DNA of 64,000 nucleotides from an uncultured Gemmatimonadales bacterium (GCA_963840165.1 CAWIXT010000006.1:310244-374243); one strand, 5' to 3'. Positions 39,614 through 48,764 are shown, numbered from the stretch's first letter. A program made the numbers and translations. The notes: generated by a model from the letters alone, not told the origin.

Positions 39614-39643
39614 AACGGCCGGGGCCGCGAGGCGCCGGCCGTT
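39614..39643 (+). terminator. Weak stem-loop (possible attenuator) after pstS1
   Basis: AACGGCCGG-12 nt-CCGGCCGTT forms a 9-bp stem. Only TTT follows, so it is not a canonical intrinsic terminator. Confidence 0.3.
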
Positions 39644-39706
39644 TGCACATCCGGCGGAACCGGATCACCTTGGAGCGAGGGTTAGCGCTCCACCCTGGAG
39701 GAGCCT

Positions 39707-40768
39707 TTGCCGAGAACCAGATGTCACCACCTGATCGGCCTGACGGTTGTCGTGGCCGCATGTGGAGGGGACCAGCGGACGCCAGGAGCATCCACGGACG
39801 GCTCCGCCCCACGACGGAGCGGTCCGGCGCTGACCGGCGCCGGGGCTACCTTCCCCGCTCCACTCTACACCAAGTGGTTCGATGTCTTCGCCCGGGAGAC
39901 CGGGATTCAGATCAATTACCAGTCGATCGGATCCGGCGGCGGCATCCGTCAATTTATCGAGGGCACGGTGGACTTCGGCGCCACCGACGGTCCCATGACG
40001 GACCAACAGATTGCGGCGGTTGAAGGAAACGTCCTGCACCTGCCCACCGCGCTCGGTGCCGTCAGCGTGACCTACAACCTCCCCACGCTCGGCGCGACCC
40101 CGCTTGCCTTCGACGGTCGGGCCCTGGCCGGGATTTTTCTGGGACGGATTACCCGCTGGAACGATCCGCGGCTGGCAGCCCTGAATCCCGGAGTGAGCCT
40201 GCCTCCGGACGATATCGTAGTGGTTCGGCGCTCGGACGGGTCGGGGACCACCTTCATCTTCACCGACTATCTCTCCAAGGTCTCGCCCGAATGGACCGAT
40301 AACGTCGGAAGGGGGACGGCGGTGAACTGGCCTGTGGGGCTCGGCGGCAAGGGCAATGAAGGTGTCACCCAGCAGGTCAAGCAAGCCCCGGGCACTATCG
40401 GGTATGTCGAACTGATTTATGCCATCTCCAACAAACTCCCGTCAGCCCGGATCCGGAACGCGGCCGGGGCGCTGGTCCAGCCGACCCTGAAGAGCGTGGC
40501 GGCCGCCGCGGCGGGCGCGAAGCTGGGACCCGACACTGATTTCCGGGTCTCGATCACCAACGCACCGGGTGGCGATTCATACCCGATTGCGTCCTTTACC
40601 TGGCTGTTGATCAGAAAACAGGATCCCGACACCATCCGGGCCCGGACCATCGCGACCTTTCTGAAATGGATGCTGGAGCCACCGGCCCAGCGGATGGCAG
40701 CCGACCTGCACTACGCGCCATTGCCGGTTCCGGTCATCGAGCTGGCCCGGAGAAGGATTCCGGACTAG
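39707..40768 (+). CDS. pstS: Phosphate ABC transporter substrate-binding protein, lipoprotein paralogue
   Basis: A TTG start is preceded by GGAGGAG. LIGLTVVVAACGG is a lipobox. The same PstS motifs are present (GAGATFPAPLYTKWF, YQSIGSGGGIRQ, RRSDGSGTT). Confidence 0.9.
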   Translation: MPRTRCHHLIGLTVVVAACGGDQRTPGASTDGSAPRRSGPALTGAGATFPAPLYTKWFDVFARETGIQINYQSIGSGGGIRQFIEGTVDFGATDGPMTDQQIAAVEGNVLHLPTALGAVSVTYNLPTLGATPLAFDGRALAGIFLGRITRWNDPRLAALNPGVSLPPDDIVVVRRSDGSGTTFIFTDYLSKVSPEWTDNVGRGTAVNWPVGLGGKGNEGVTQQVKQAPGTIGYVELIYAISNKLPSARIRNAAGALVQPTLKSVAAAAAGAKLGPDTDFRVSITNAPGGDSYPIASFTWLLIRKQDPDTIRARTIATFLKWMLEPPAQRMAADLHYAPLPVPVIELARRRIPD

Positions 40769-40791
40769 TCCCTTTTCTAAGGCGCGCGCCC

Positions 40792-40819
40792 GTGACCCGT
40801 CCGTTACAAAGCCGTGACG
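40792..40819 (+). promoter_or_regulatory. Candidate Pho box (three perfect 11-bp-phased units) upstream of pstC
   Basis: GTGACCcgtccGTTACAaagccGTGACG. TAAGAT at 40841-40846 is a possible -10, only 5 nt before the pstC ATG at 40852. Confidence 0.5.
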
Positions 40820-40851
40820 ATTCGCGGAGAAGCCGCCTGTAAGATCCTCCC

Positions 40852-41838
40852 ATGACCGTCACCACCGAGCCCGTTGCCACCGCTGCTCCCCCAGCCGCTC
40901 CGTCTTTGGAGCGGGCCGAGTATGGCGACCGCGCCTTCAAAGGGATCCTGACGCTCGCCGCGCTGGCCGTGCCGATCCTGCTGGGCTTTCTGGTCTACGA
41001 GCTATGGGATGGGGCCTCGCTGGCTATTGCGCGCTATGGCTTTGGGTTCGTCACCAGCAGCACCTGGGACCCGGTGGCGGAGGATTTCGGCGCGCTGCCG
41101 CTGATCTTTGGCACTCTGGCCTCCTCTCTCCTGGCTCTCCTCATTGCCGTGCCGCTCTCGCTCGGCGTCGCCATTTATCTAACGGAGTTTGCCCCCAAGC
41201 CGGTGCGACAGCCGGTCGCCTTCCTGATCGGGTTGCTGGCGGCCATCCCCAGCGTAGTCTATGGGCTGTGGGGGATCTTTGTGCTGATCCCGCTGCTTCG
41301 CACGACCGTCTTTCCCTTCCTGAGAGACACGCTCGGCTTCCTGCCGTTCTTTCAGGGGCCGATTTACGGACCGTCGATGCTGGCGGCGGGAATCATTCTG
41401 GCCATCATGGTGATGCCCTACATTATGTCGGTCGGACGCGAAGTGCTCCTGGCTGTACCCAACACCCAGCGAGAGGCCGCGTTGGCCCTGGGAGCGACCC
41501 GCTGGGAGGCGGTAACGACAGCGGTCCTGCCCTACGCGCGGTCCGGCATCGTTGGCGCCGTCATCCTGGGGCTGGGCCGCGCGCTGGGCGAGACCATGGC
41601 GGTCACGATGCTGATCGGAAATCGGCACGAGATCGCGACCTCCCTCTTCGCGCCCGGCTATACCATGGCCGCGGCGATCGCCAATGAGTTCTCCGAGGCG
41701 GTCGGCGACTTGCACCTGTCCGCGCTGGCCTACGTCGCCTTTCTGCTGTTCCTCGTCACCGTGATCGTCAACGCCGGCGCGCGGCTGCTGATCTGGCGGG
41801 TGGCCCGTGGGTCAGGGGCAGGGAGCAGCGCGCTGTGA
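40852..41838 (+). CDS. pstC: Phosphate ABC transporter permease PstC
   Basis: 328-aa polytopic ORF with the EAA-type loop [15 protein letters not shown]. Its position after pstS supports the call. Confidence 0.9.
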   Translation: MTVTTEPVATAAPPAAPSLERAEYGDRAFKGILTLAALAVPILLGFLVYELWDGASLAIARYGFGFVTSSTWDPVAEDFGALPLIFGTLASSLLALLIAVPLSLGVAIYLTEFAPKPVRQPVAFLIGLLAAIPSVVYGLWGIFVLIPLLRTTVFPFLRDTLGFLPFFQGPIYGPSMLAAGIILAIMVMPYIMSVGREVLLAVPNTQREAALALGATRWEAVTTAVLPYARSGIVGAVILGLGRALGETMAVTMLIGNRHEIATSLFAPGYTMAAAIANEFSEAVGDLHLSALAYVAFLLFLVTVIVNAGARLLIWRVARGSGAGSSAL

Positions 41839-42680
41839 ATCGCCGGACGCTGCGGCGGTTCTTCAGCAATTTGATGGTGGGCCTGATGATCGGGTCCGTC
41901 GTCGTGGCGCTGCTGCCGCTCTTCTTCATCCTGATCAATTTGATCCTGAAGGGAGCGGGGAGCTTATCGCCGGACTTCTTCACCAAGATGCCGGCACCCG
42001 CGGGGGAGAGTGGGGGCGGGGTTGCTCACGCACTGGTAGGCACGCTCCTCATCGTGGGAATGGCGAGCCTGATGGGATTGCCCATCGGCATCGGCGCGGG
42101 CATCTACTGCGCCGAATACCCCAACAGCCGGCTCACCTGGGTCACCCGATTCGTGGCCGATGTCATGAACGGCACGCCGTCCATCGTGGTCGGCGTGTTC
42201 GCCTGGGCCTGGATCGTGGCGCAACAGAAACACTTCTCGGCGCTGGCGGGAAGCGTCGCGCTGGCGCTGCTCATGATTCCCATGGTCCTCCGGACAACCG
42301 AAGAGATGATCAAACTGGTGCCGAACTCGCTGCGCGAGGCGGCGCTGGCCCTGGGCTATCCGCGCTGGCGGACCAGTCTGTCGGTGGTGGTACGTGCAAC
42401 CTTGCCCGGCATCATGACCGGAGGCCTGCTGGCGGTGGCTCGGATCGCGGGAGAAACCGCCCCTCTCCTGTTCACCGCTCTCGGTAGCCAGTACCTGAGC
42501 TTCGATATCAATCAGCCGATGGCGGCCCTGCCGCTGACGGTGTTCACCTATGCGACCGGCCCCTATGAGGAATGGCACCAGTACGCGTGGGCGGCCGCGC
42601 TGGTGCTCATCATGGTCGTCTTCGTTCTGAGTCTGGGAGCCCGACTGGCGGTTCGCCGGAGGTTCACCCTCAATGGCTGA
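41835..42680 (+). CDS. pstA: Phosphate ABC transporter permease PstA
   Basis: 281-aa polytopic ORF with [15 protein letters not shown]. The start overlaps the pstC stop. Confidence 0.9.
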   Translation: MNRRTLRRFFSNLMVGLMIGSVVVALLPLFFILINLILKGAGSLSPDFFTKMPAPAGESGGGVAHALVGTLLIVGMASLMGLPIGIGAGIYCAEYPNSRLTWVTRFVADVMNGTPSIVVGVFAWAWIVAQQKHFSALAGSVALALLMIPMVLRTTEEMIKLVPNSLREAALALGYPRWRTSLSVVVRATLPGIMTGGLLAVARIAGETAPLLFTALGSQYLSFDINQPMAALPLTVFTYATGPYEEWHQYAWAAALVLIMVVFVLSLGARLAVRRRFTLNG

Positions 42681-43509
42681 ATCCGCGGTGAGCAAAGCGC
42701 TTCCAGTTTCCGCCGGCGCCATACCGCCGGCTCCCGTGGCCCCTCCGGGGGCCCAGCCCAAGATGGCCACCGACAAGCTCACTGCCATGTATGGCAAGTT
42801 CACGGCGGTGAAGGGAGTGTCGCTCGGCTTTGCGCCCAATCAGGTGCACGCCCTGATCGGACCTTCCGGCTGCGGCAAGTCCACCTTCCTGCGCACCCTC
42901 AACCGGATGCACGAGCTTTCGGACAACGGCTGGATTACCGGCCGGGTCCTGCTCGAGGGCGAGGACATCTATGCGCCGAGGGTGAATGCCATGCAGCTGC
43001 GCCGCCGGGTCGGGATGGTCTTCCAGCGTCCCACACCGTTCCCCACCATGTCGGTGTACGACAACGTCGCGGCCGGGCTCCGGGTGAACCGCAGCCTCCC
43101 TCGCTCCGAGCTCGATAGCGTGGTGGAGCGTTCGCTGCGCCAGGCCGCTCTCTGGGAAGAGGTCAAGGACCGGCTCAAGGCCAGTGCCATGGCGCTTTCG
43201 GGCGGCCAGCAGCAGCGGCTCTGTATCGCCCGAACCATTGCGCCGTCGCCGGACGTGGTCCTCCTGGACGAGCCTACGGCCTCGCTCGATCCCCAGGGCA
43301 CCCAGCGGATCGAGGAGCTGCTGTTCGACCTGAAGCGGCACTTCACGATCGTCATCGTCACCCACAACATGCAGCAGGCCGCCCGGGTGTCCGACACCAC
43401 GACGTTTTTCTACCTCGGCACCATGGTCGAGACCGGCCGTACCCGGCAGATCTTCACGGCGCCACGGAACGAGCAGACCGAGGCCTACATCACGGGAAGG
43501 TTCGGATGA
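42673..43509 (+). CDS. pstB: Phosphate ABC transporter ATP-binding protein PstB (intact copy)
   Basis: Walker [10 protein letters not shown], signature [13 protein letters not shown], Walker [12 protein letters not shown], and C-terminal EAYITGRFG. Confidence 0.9.
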   Translation: MAESAVSKALPVSAGAIPPAPVAPPGAQPKMATDKLTAMYGKFTAVKGVSLGFAPNQVHALIGPSGCGKSTFLRTLNRMHELSDNGWITGRVLLEGEDIYAPRVNAMQLRRRVGMVFQRPTPFPTMSVYDNVAAGLRVNRSLPRSELDSVVERSLRQAALWEEVKDRLKASAMALSGGQQQRLCIARTIAPSPDVVLLDEPTASLDPQGTQRIEELLFDLKRHFTIVIVTHNMQQAARVSDTTTFFYLGTMVETGRTRQIFTAPRNEQTEAYITGRFG

Positions 43510-44354
43510 GCACTACCATGACTCCCAGGCCCTTCGTCACTGCACCGCAGGTAACGCTGGCCCCGCGCCAGCCGGTGGCCCCACTCGGTTCCAGAGGAGC
43601 CCCAGCGGTGGACGTGCGGGACTTCAGCTTCTTCTACGGGCCCCGTCAGGCGCTCGAAGAATCTGACCTTCGCCATCGAGCGCCGGGCGGTCACCGCGAT
43701 CATCGGCCCCTCGGGGTGCGGCAAGTCCACCTTCCTCCGCTCCATCAACCGGTTGAACGACCTCATCCCAGGCGTCCGCCACCGCGGGGATATCCTGGTC
43801 GAGGGCACCTCCGTCTTCGGTTCCGGGACCGATCTGGTCTCGCTGCGCCAGCGGGTGGGCATGGTGTTTCAGCGGCCCGAACCCGTTTCCCAAGTCGGTC
43901 TTCGACAACGTGGCATACGGGCCGGCACTCAACGCCCTGGTCACGCGGCGCGACCTGCCCGATCTGGTCGAGCGCTGCCTGCGTCAGGCCGCGCTGTGGG
44001 ATGAAGTGAAAGACCGGCTCGAGGAGCTCGGCACCGGCCTGTCCGGAGGGCAGCAGCAGCGGCTCTGCATCGCCCGGGCGCTGGGCAATCAGCCCGAGGT
44101 GCTGCTGATGGACGAGCCCTGCTCGGCACTCGACCCCATCGCCACTCAGAAGGTGGAGGAGCTGATCTTCGATCTGAAGCAGCACTACACCATCGTGATC
44201 GTAACCCACAACATGCAGCAGGCCGCGCGGGTCTCGGACTACACCGGCTTCTTCGACCGCGGGCGAGCTCATCGAGTTCGACGAGACCGAGCGGCTCTTC
44301 ACCAAGCCGCAGCACGAGCGGACCGAAGCGTACATCACCGGGAGATTCGGATGA
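43506..44354 (+). pseudogene. pstB: Second PstB ATP-binding protein; three +1 insertions
   Basis: The protein reads correctly only by shifting at about 43650, about 43880 and about 44258. The recovered sequence is FYGPRQAL / [25 protein letters not shown]...VGMVFQRP / [14 protein letters not shown]...[13 protein letters not shown]...DYTGFFDR / [30 protein letters not shown]. The three insertions total 3 nt, so the stop is back in the original frame. Confidence 0.85.
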
Positions 44355-45061
44355 GCCTCGACGTCCATCGCCACTTTCACGATGAGCTGAGCCACGTCAA
44401 GGTCCGGCTGCTGACCATGTCGGGCGAGGCGGAAGCCGCGCTCGGGCTGGCAGTAGAGGCGCTGCTGGAGCGGGACAGCGAGAAGGCCCAGCGGGTCATC
44501 GCCGGCGACCGGGTGATCGACGCCATGGAAGTCGAGATCGAGGAGCAGAGCATCAATCTCCTGGCGTTGCAGCAGCCGATGGCCCGGGACCTCCGGATGC
44601 TCACATCGGCGCTCAAGATCGCCAACGATCTCGAGCGGGTGGGAGACCACGCGGTCAACATCGCGCAGTCCGCCGAGCGGCTGAACCAGGCCCGTCCCAT
44701 CGCGCCAGAGCCCGAGATCGTGGACATGGCCCGGCTGGCGCGGGAGATGCTCTCCGATGCGCTCGAGGCCTTCATCCGGGGAGACGCCGAAGCGGGGCGC
44801 GAAGTCTGCCGCAGGGACGACAAGGTGGATGCGCTGCATCGGTCGGTATTCCGGATTTTGCTGACCCACATGATGGAGGATCCCCACACCATCGGCTCCG
44901 GTATGGAGCTGTTTCTGGTGAGCCGCAACCTCGAACGGGTGGCCGACCTGGCTACGAACATCGGCGAAGACGTGGTGTTCCTGGTGGAGGGCCGCTCAAT
45001 CAAGCACCACTCCGAGGATCGGGGCGAAGCCCGCAAGGATCCGGCACCGACCAGGAAGTGA
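44351..45061 (+). CDS. phoU: Phosphate signalling complex protein PhoU
   Basis: The ATG at 44351 overlaps the pstB2 stop (ATGA). Both PhoU repeats are present, with [15 protein letters not shown] and [16 protein letters not shown]. Confidence 0.9.
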   Translation: MSLDVHRHFHDELSHVKVRLLTMSGEAEAALGLAVEALLERDSEKAQRVIAGDRVIDAMEVEIEEQSINLLALQQPMARDLRMLTSALKIANDLERVGDHAVNIAQSAERLNQARPIAPEPEIVDMARLAREMLSDALEAFIRGDAEAGREVCRRDDKVDALHRSVFRILLTHMMEDPHTIGSGMELFLVSRNLERVADLATNIGEDVVFLVEGRSIKHHSEDRGEARKDPAPTRK

Positions 45062-45957
45062 AGCGGCCCGCCGAGCGCCTGGCGGCAATCGACGTGGGCT
45101 CCAACACCGTCCTCCTGACGGTGGCCGATTTCGACCGGGATACCGGCCTGACCGTCGTCGAGGAGGCCGAAGACCAGCCCCGCCTCGGCTCAGGAATCGC
45201 CGGGGGCCGCCTGAGTGAGGCCTCCATGGCGCGGGCCCTCCTCTCCCTGACCCGCATGAGAGACACATGTCGGCGCCTGGGCGTGCAGCGAACGGCGGCC
45301 GCAGCTACCGCCGCCGTGAGAGAAGCCGAAAATGGGCCCGACTTCGTGGAGCGGGTTCGGGCGCTCGACATCCCGCTCCGCATCATCTCCTCCGACATCG
45401 AGGCGGCACTCTCCTACCGCTCGGCAGCCTATCGCTTCCCCGGCGATGAGCCCACGCTCGTCGCCGACATCGGTGGCGGCAGCCTGGAGCTGATCAGCTC
45501 GAGTGGGGGGCGCGCGCTGCGGTCCGACTCCTTGCCGCTGGGAGCAGTGAGGCTGACTGAGCTCGGGACCTCGGGCGAGCAGCTACACGCGCACATCCGA
45601 GGCGTCCTCAGCCGAGCGATGGTGCCCGAATGGCGGCACTCGAGAATCATCGGGTCGGGAGGAACCTTTGCGACCCTGGCGGCCATGGTGCTCGCCGGTC
45701 GGAAGTCCAGCACCCACCCCGTCCACGGCACGACCATTCGGGCGGGAGAGGTGACGCAGCTGCTGGATACCTTGTCGGGCCTCACGCCGGAGCAGAGGCG
45801 TCAGACGCCGGGACTCAAGCCGGAGCGGGCCGACATTATCGTGGCGGGTATTGCTGTGGTCGCCGAGCTGCTGGTAATGGCCGAGGCGGGAGGCGTTACG
45901 GTCAGCGGGTTCGGCTTGAGAGACGGGCTACTGCTCGAGATGGCCGGAATGCAATAG
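45058..45957 (+). CDS. ppx: Short Ppx/GppA-family phosphatase (ASKHA domains only, no HD domain)
   Basis: [16 protein letters not shown] and [11 protein letters not shown]. It is 299 aa. The GTG start overlaps the phoU stop. Confidence 0.8.
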   Translation: MKRPAERLAAIDVGSNTVLLTVADFDRDTGLTVVEEAEDQPRLGSGIAGGRLSEASMARALLSLTRMRDTCRRLGVQRTAAAATAAVREAENGPDFVERVRALDIPLRIISSDIEAALSYRSAAYRFPGDEPTLVADIGGGSLELISSSGGRALRSDSLPLGAVRLTELGTSGEQLHAHIRGVLSRAMVPEWRHSRIIGSGGTFATLAAMVLAGRKSSTHPVHGTTIRAGEVTQLLDTLSGLTPEQRRQTPGLKPERADIIVAGIAVVAELLVMAEAGGVTVSGFGLRDGLLLEMAGMQ

Positions 45958-46040
45958 TCATTGCGAGGGCGCTAGCCCGAAGCAATCCCGCCGCGAACGC
46001 AACCGGATCGCCACGCGGCCGACGGGCCGCTCGCGATGAC
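45957..46040. repeat. Palindromic element of the GTCATTGCGAG type
   Basis: gtcattgcgagggcgctagcccgaagcaatcc ... ccgctcgcgatgac. The termini GTCATTGCGAG/CTCGCGATGAC are inverted with one mismatch. It fills the gap between the convergent ppx and ALDH ends. Confidence 0.75.
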
Positions 46041-46045
46041 TGCGG

Positions 46046-48502
46046 TTACTCCCCGTAAGGGATCCAGATGTTCTTCACCTGGGTGGCCTGCTCCAGGAAC
46101 TCCTCGCCTGCACCGCGCCGTTGGTCCGCCCAATCCCGCCCCTTTCCATGGTCTACCCAGGTACGCTTCATATTCCCGGTGGACAGACGTTCCACCTCGG
46201 CCGACATCTCAGCCGTACCGAAGTACCATAACCCATCCACGTCGTCATGAGCAGCGAGAACCGGAGCCAGCTCTTCGCTGCTGCCGGTCACGAGATTGAT
46301 CACGCCGGCGGGCACATCGGAGGTGTCCAGCACCTGGTAGAGCTCGGTAGCGACCAGCGGTGCCTGCCGCGAGGGAATGGCCACGACGGTATTGCCCATG
46401 GCGATGGGCGGCAGGACAGTCGATAGCAGGGAGAGCAGCGGCTGCTCATCGGGACACACCACACCCATGACACCGATCGGCTCGGGCATGGCCAGCGTCA
46501 CATTGCGGTACGGCGTATGATGTACCGCCCCATCGTACTTGTCGGCCCAAGCAGCGTAGACGTAGATCCGCTCGATGGCCAGCTCCACCTCCCGCGCCGC
46601 CATGGCCGCATCGCCGGTGCTCATGGCAATCCGGCCGCTGAACTCTTCGGCGCGCGCGGCCAGATTTTCCGCCAGGTAGTAAAGCACCTGGGCCCGGTTG
46701 TGGGCCGTGCCACCCCCCCAGCCGGCCGCCTTGTGCGCCGCTTCCACCGCGTTGCGAATGTCCTTGCGGTTTCCCTGCCCCACCTCACCGATCTGGCGGC
46801 CGGATGCATCCATCACGGGCAGGCTGTAGCCCGAATCCGGACGCACCTGCTTACCGCCGATGTAGAGCTTGGCGGTTCGGTTGATCGGGGGGACGGGCGG
46901 ACCGGCGGACGGGCGGACGGGCTGCCGTAAGGGTGGGCGTTCGGCCGAAGCAGCCGACTTTCTCGTCTTGCTTCGGGCTGCCTGTCTGCCTGTCCGCCTG
47001 TCCGCCTGTCCGCCCGTCCGCCCGTCCGCCTGCTCGTCCGTCCGCCAGCGAAGGTACTCCCGCAGCCCCTCGCGCCCGCCTTCACGGCCGAAGCCACTCT
47101 CGCGATATCCACCAAATCCGCTGGCGGCGTCGAATACGTTGGTGCAGTTCACCCAGACGGTGCCGGCTTTGAGCTGGGGCGCGATATCGAGGGCGAGGTT
47201 GATGTTCTCGGTCCAGACGCTGGCAGCCAGGCCGTAGCGGGTGTTGTTGGCCAGCTCGACCGATTCGGCCGGAGTGCGGAAGGTCATGAGGACCACCACC
47301 GGTCCGAAGATCTCCACCTGGGCAATGGTGGCGGCGGGCGACACCTCGGTGAACAAGGTCGGCGGAAAGAACCAGCCATCGGCCGGGCAGCTCCAGGAGG
47401 GCTGCCAGAGGGTGGCGCCTTCGTCCTCGCCCCGGCGCACCAGGTCCTGGATTTTCTCCAGCTGAACCGGGGCGATGATGGCCCCCATGTCTACCGCCTT
47501 GTCGAGCGGGTCCCCCACCCGCAGCGTCTCCATTCGCTGCTTCAGCTTGGTCACCAGCCGCTCGGCCACCCCCTCCTGGACCAGGATGCGGGACCCGGCG
47601 CAGCACACCTGGCCCTGATTGAACCAGATGGCATCCACCACCCCCTCGACCACGCTGTCGAGATCGGCGTCCGAGAAGACGATGAATGGCGACTTCCCGC
47701 CCAGCTCCAGCGAGAGCTTCTTGCCGCTGCCGGCCGTGGCGGAGCGGATTATGCGGCCCACTTCGGTCGAGCCGGTGAACGCGATCTTGTCTACATCGGG
47801 GTGCCCCACCAGCGCTGCGCCGGCGCGTCCGTCTCCGGTGATGATGTTGATCACACCTGGCGGCAGGCCGATCTCCTGGGATAGCTCGGCGAACCGGAGA
47901 GCGGTGAGCGAGGTGAACTCCGCCGGCTTGAGCACCACCGTGTTACCCATGGCCAACGCCGGCGCGATCTTCCAGGCCAGCATGAGGAGCGGGAAATTCC
48001 AGGGGATGATCTGCCCGATCACGCCCAGCGGCAGGCGGCCAGGTAGCTCCTGCTCCATCAGCTGGGCCCAGCCCGCATGATGATAGAAGTGGCGGGCCAC
48101 GAGGGGCACGTCGATGTCGCGCGATTCCCGTATCGGTTTTCCGTTGTCGAGCGATTCCAGGACGGCCAGCAGGCGGCTGTGTTTCTGTACCTCCCGCGCC
48201 AACGCGTAGAGATACCGGGCTCGGCCGTGCCCACCGAGCGACCACCAGAGCGGCTGCGCCGATCGGGCGGCGCGGACGGCACGGTCTACCTCGGCATCGG
48301 TGGCCTGCGCCAGCCGCGCCACCGGCTTCCCGGTGGCCGGGTTCAACGTCTCGAAGCTGTCACCCTTTCCCGCTATCCACTCCCCACCGATGAAAAGACC
48401 GAACCGTCGCCCGTGGGCCTCGAGCCACTGGTTTACCGGGCCTACTCCTTCGGGAGCCGGTCCATAGTCCATCGACTGGAAGATTTCGGGAACTGATGCC
48501 AT
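46046..48502 (-). CDS. Fused aldehyde dehydrogenase: a full catalytic ALDH joined by a repeat-encoded linker to a truncated ALDH-like (NAD-binding only) module
   Basis: The N-terminal half has ELGGKSP and FNQGQVCCAGSR (catalytic Glu and Cys). The C-terminal part of about 280 aa (AKLYIGGKQVRPDSGY...KNIWIPYGE) is ALDH-like, but I could not see a catalytic Cys. There is no stop between the two halves. The ATG at 48502 has a GGAGG Shine-Dalgarno. Confidence 0.75.
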   Translation of the reverse strand: MASVPEIFQSMDYGPAPEGVGPVNQWLEAHGRRFGLFIGGEWIAGKGDSFETLNPATGKPVARLAQATDAEVDRAVRAARSAQPLWWSLGGHGRARYLYALAREVQKHSRLLAVLESLDNGKPIRESRDIDVPLVARHFYHHAGWAQLMEQELPGRLPLGVIGQIIPWNFPLLMLAWKIAPALAMGNTVVLKPAEFTSLTALRFAELSQEIGLPPGVINIITGDGRAGAALVGHPDVDKIAFTGSTEVGRIIRSATAGSGKKLSLELGGKSPFIVFSDADLDSVVEGVVDAIWFNQGQVCCAGSRILVQEGVAERLVTKLKQRMETLRVGDPLDKAVDMGAIIAPVQLEKIQDLVRRGEDEGATLWQPSWSCPADGWFFPPTLFTEVSPAATIAQVEIFGPVVVLMTFRTPAESVELANNTRYGLAASVWTENINLALDIAPQLKAGTVWVNCTNVFDAASGFGGYRESGFGREGGREGLREYLRWRTDEQADGRTGGQADRRTGRQAARSKTRKSAASAERPPLRQPVRPSAGPPVPPINRTAKLYIGGKQVRPDSGYSLPVMDASGRQIGEVGQGNRKDIRNAVEAAHKAAGWGGGTAHNRAQVLYYLAENLAARAEEFSGRIAMSTGDAAMAAREVELAIERIYVYAAWADKYDGAVHHTPYRNVTLAMPEPIGVMGVVCPDEQPLLSLLSTVLPPIAMGNTVVAIPSRQAPLVATELYQVLDTSDVPAGVINLVTGSSEELAPVLAAHDDVDGLWYFGTAEMSAEVERLSTGNMKRTWVDHGKGRDWADQRRGAGEEFLEQATQVKNIWIPYGE
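46887..47046. repeat. Paired inverted 8-mer arrays (GGACGGGC/GGCGGACA family) forming the ALDH interdomain linker
   Basis: ggggggacgggcggaccggcggacgggcggacgggc (46887-46922) faces gcctgtctgcctgtccgcctgtccgcctgtccgcccgtccgcccgtccgcctgctcgtccgtccgcc (46979-47046). A spacer of about 57 nt separates them. The element is translated as DEQADGRTGGQADRRTGRQAARSKTRKSAASAERPPLRQPVRPSAGPPVPP. Confidence 0.85.
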
Positions 48503-48521
48503 TGAACCTCCGCAAAAGCTC

Positions 48522-48718
48522 ACCACAGAGGACACAGAGGGCTCCTCTAACCGAGTGGCTCACGACATCGCGTGATTCGACTTCTTAAGAGAAATCTTTG
48601 GGTGGGCTCCTAACCGCATGGAGCTCCAACTCAATCCCACAAAAAACATCTTCAGGTAGTGGATCCCGCGATGTCGAAAACTTCGCCGGTCGCCGGCACC
48701 CTCTGTGTCCTCTGTGGT
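48522..48718. repeat. Nested palindromic element (about 197 bp) between deoC and the ALDH gene
   Basis: The outer inverted repeat is 20 bp and perfect: accacagaggacacagaggg (48522-48541) against ccctctgtgtcctctgtggt (48699-48718). The inner inverted repeat is 10 bp and perfect: cgacatcgcg (48563-48572) against cgcgatgtcg (48667-48676). The core is lower in GC. Confidence 0.85.
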
Positions 48719-48764
48719 AAAAAATGGGTGGGGAGCTGGGGCAAAGCCAGATTTCGCGGACGTG

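Noticed and set aside
38497-40384. Long minus-strand ORFs 38497..39543 (348 aa) and 39665..40384 (239 aa) antisense to the two pstS genes
   Set aside because: They have an Arg/Gly/Pro-rich low-complexity composition and no motifs. They exactly mirror strongly supported PstS genes on the other strand.
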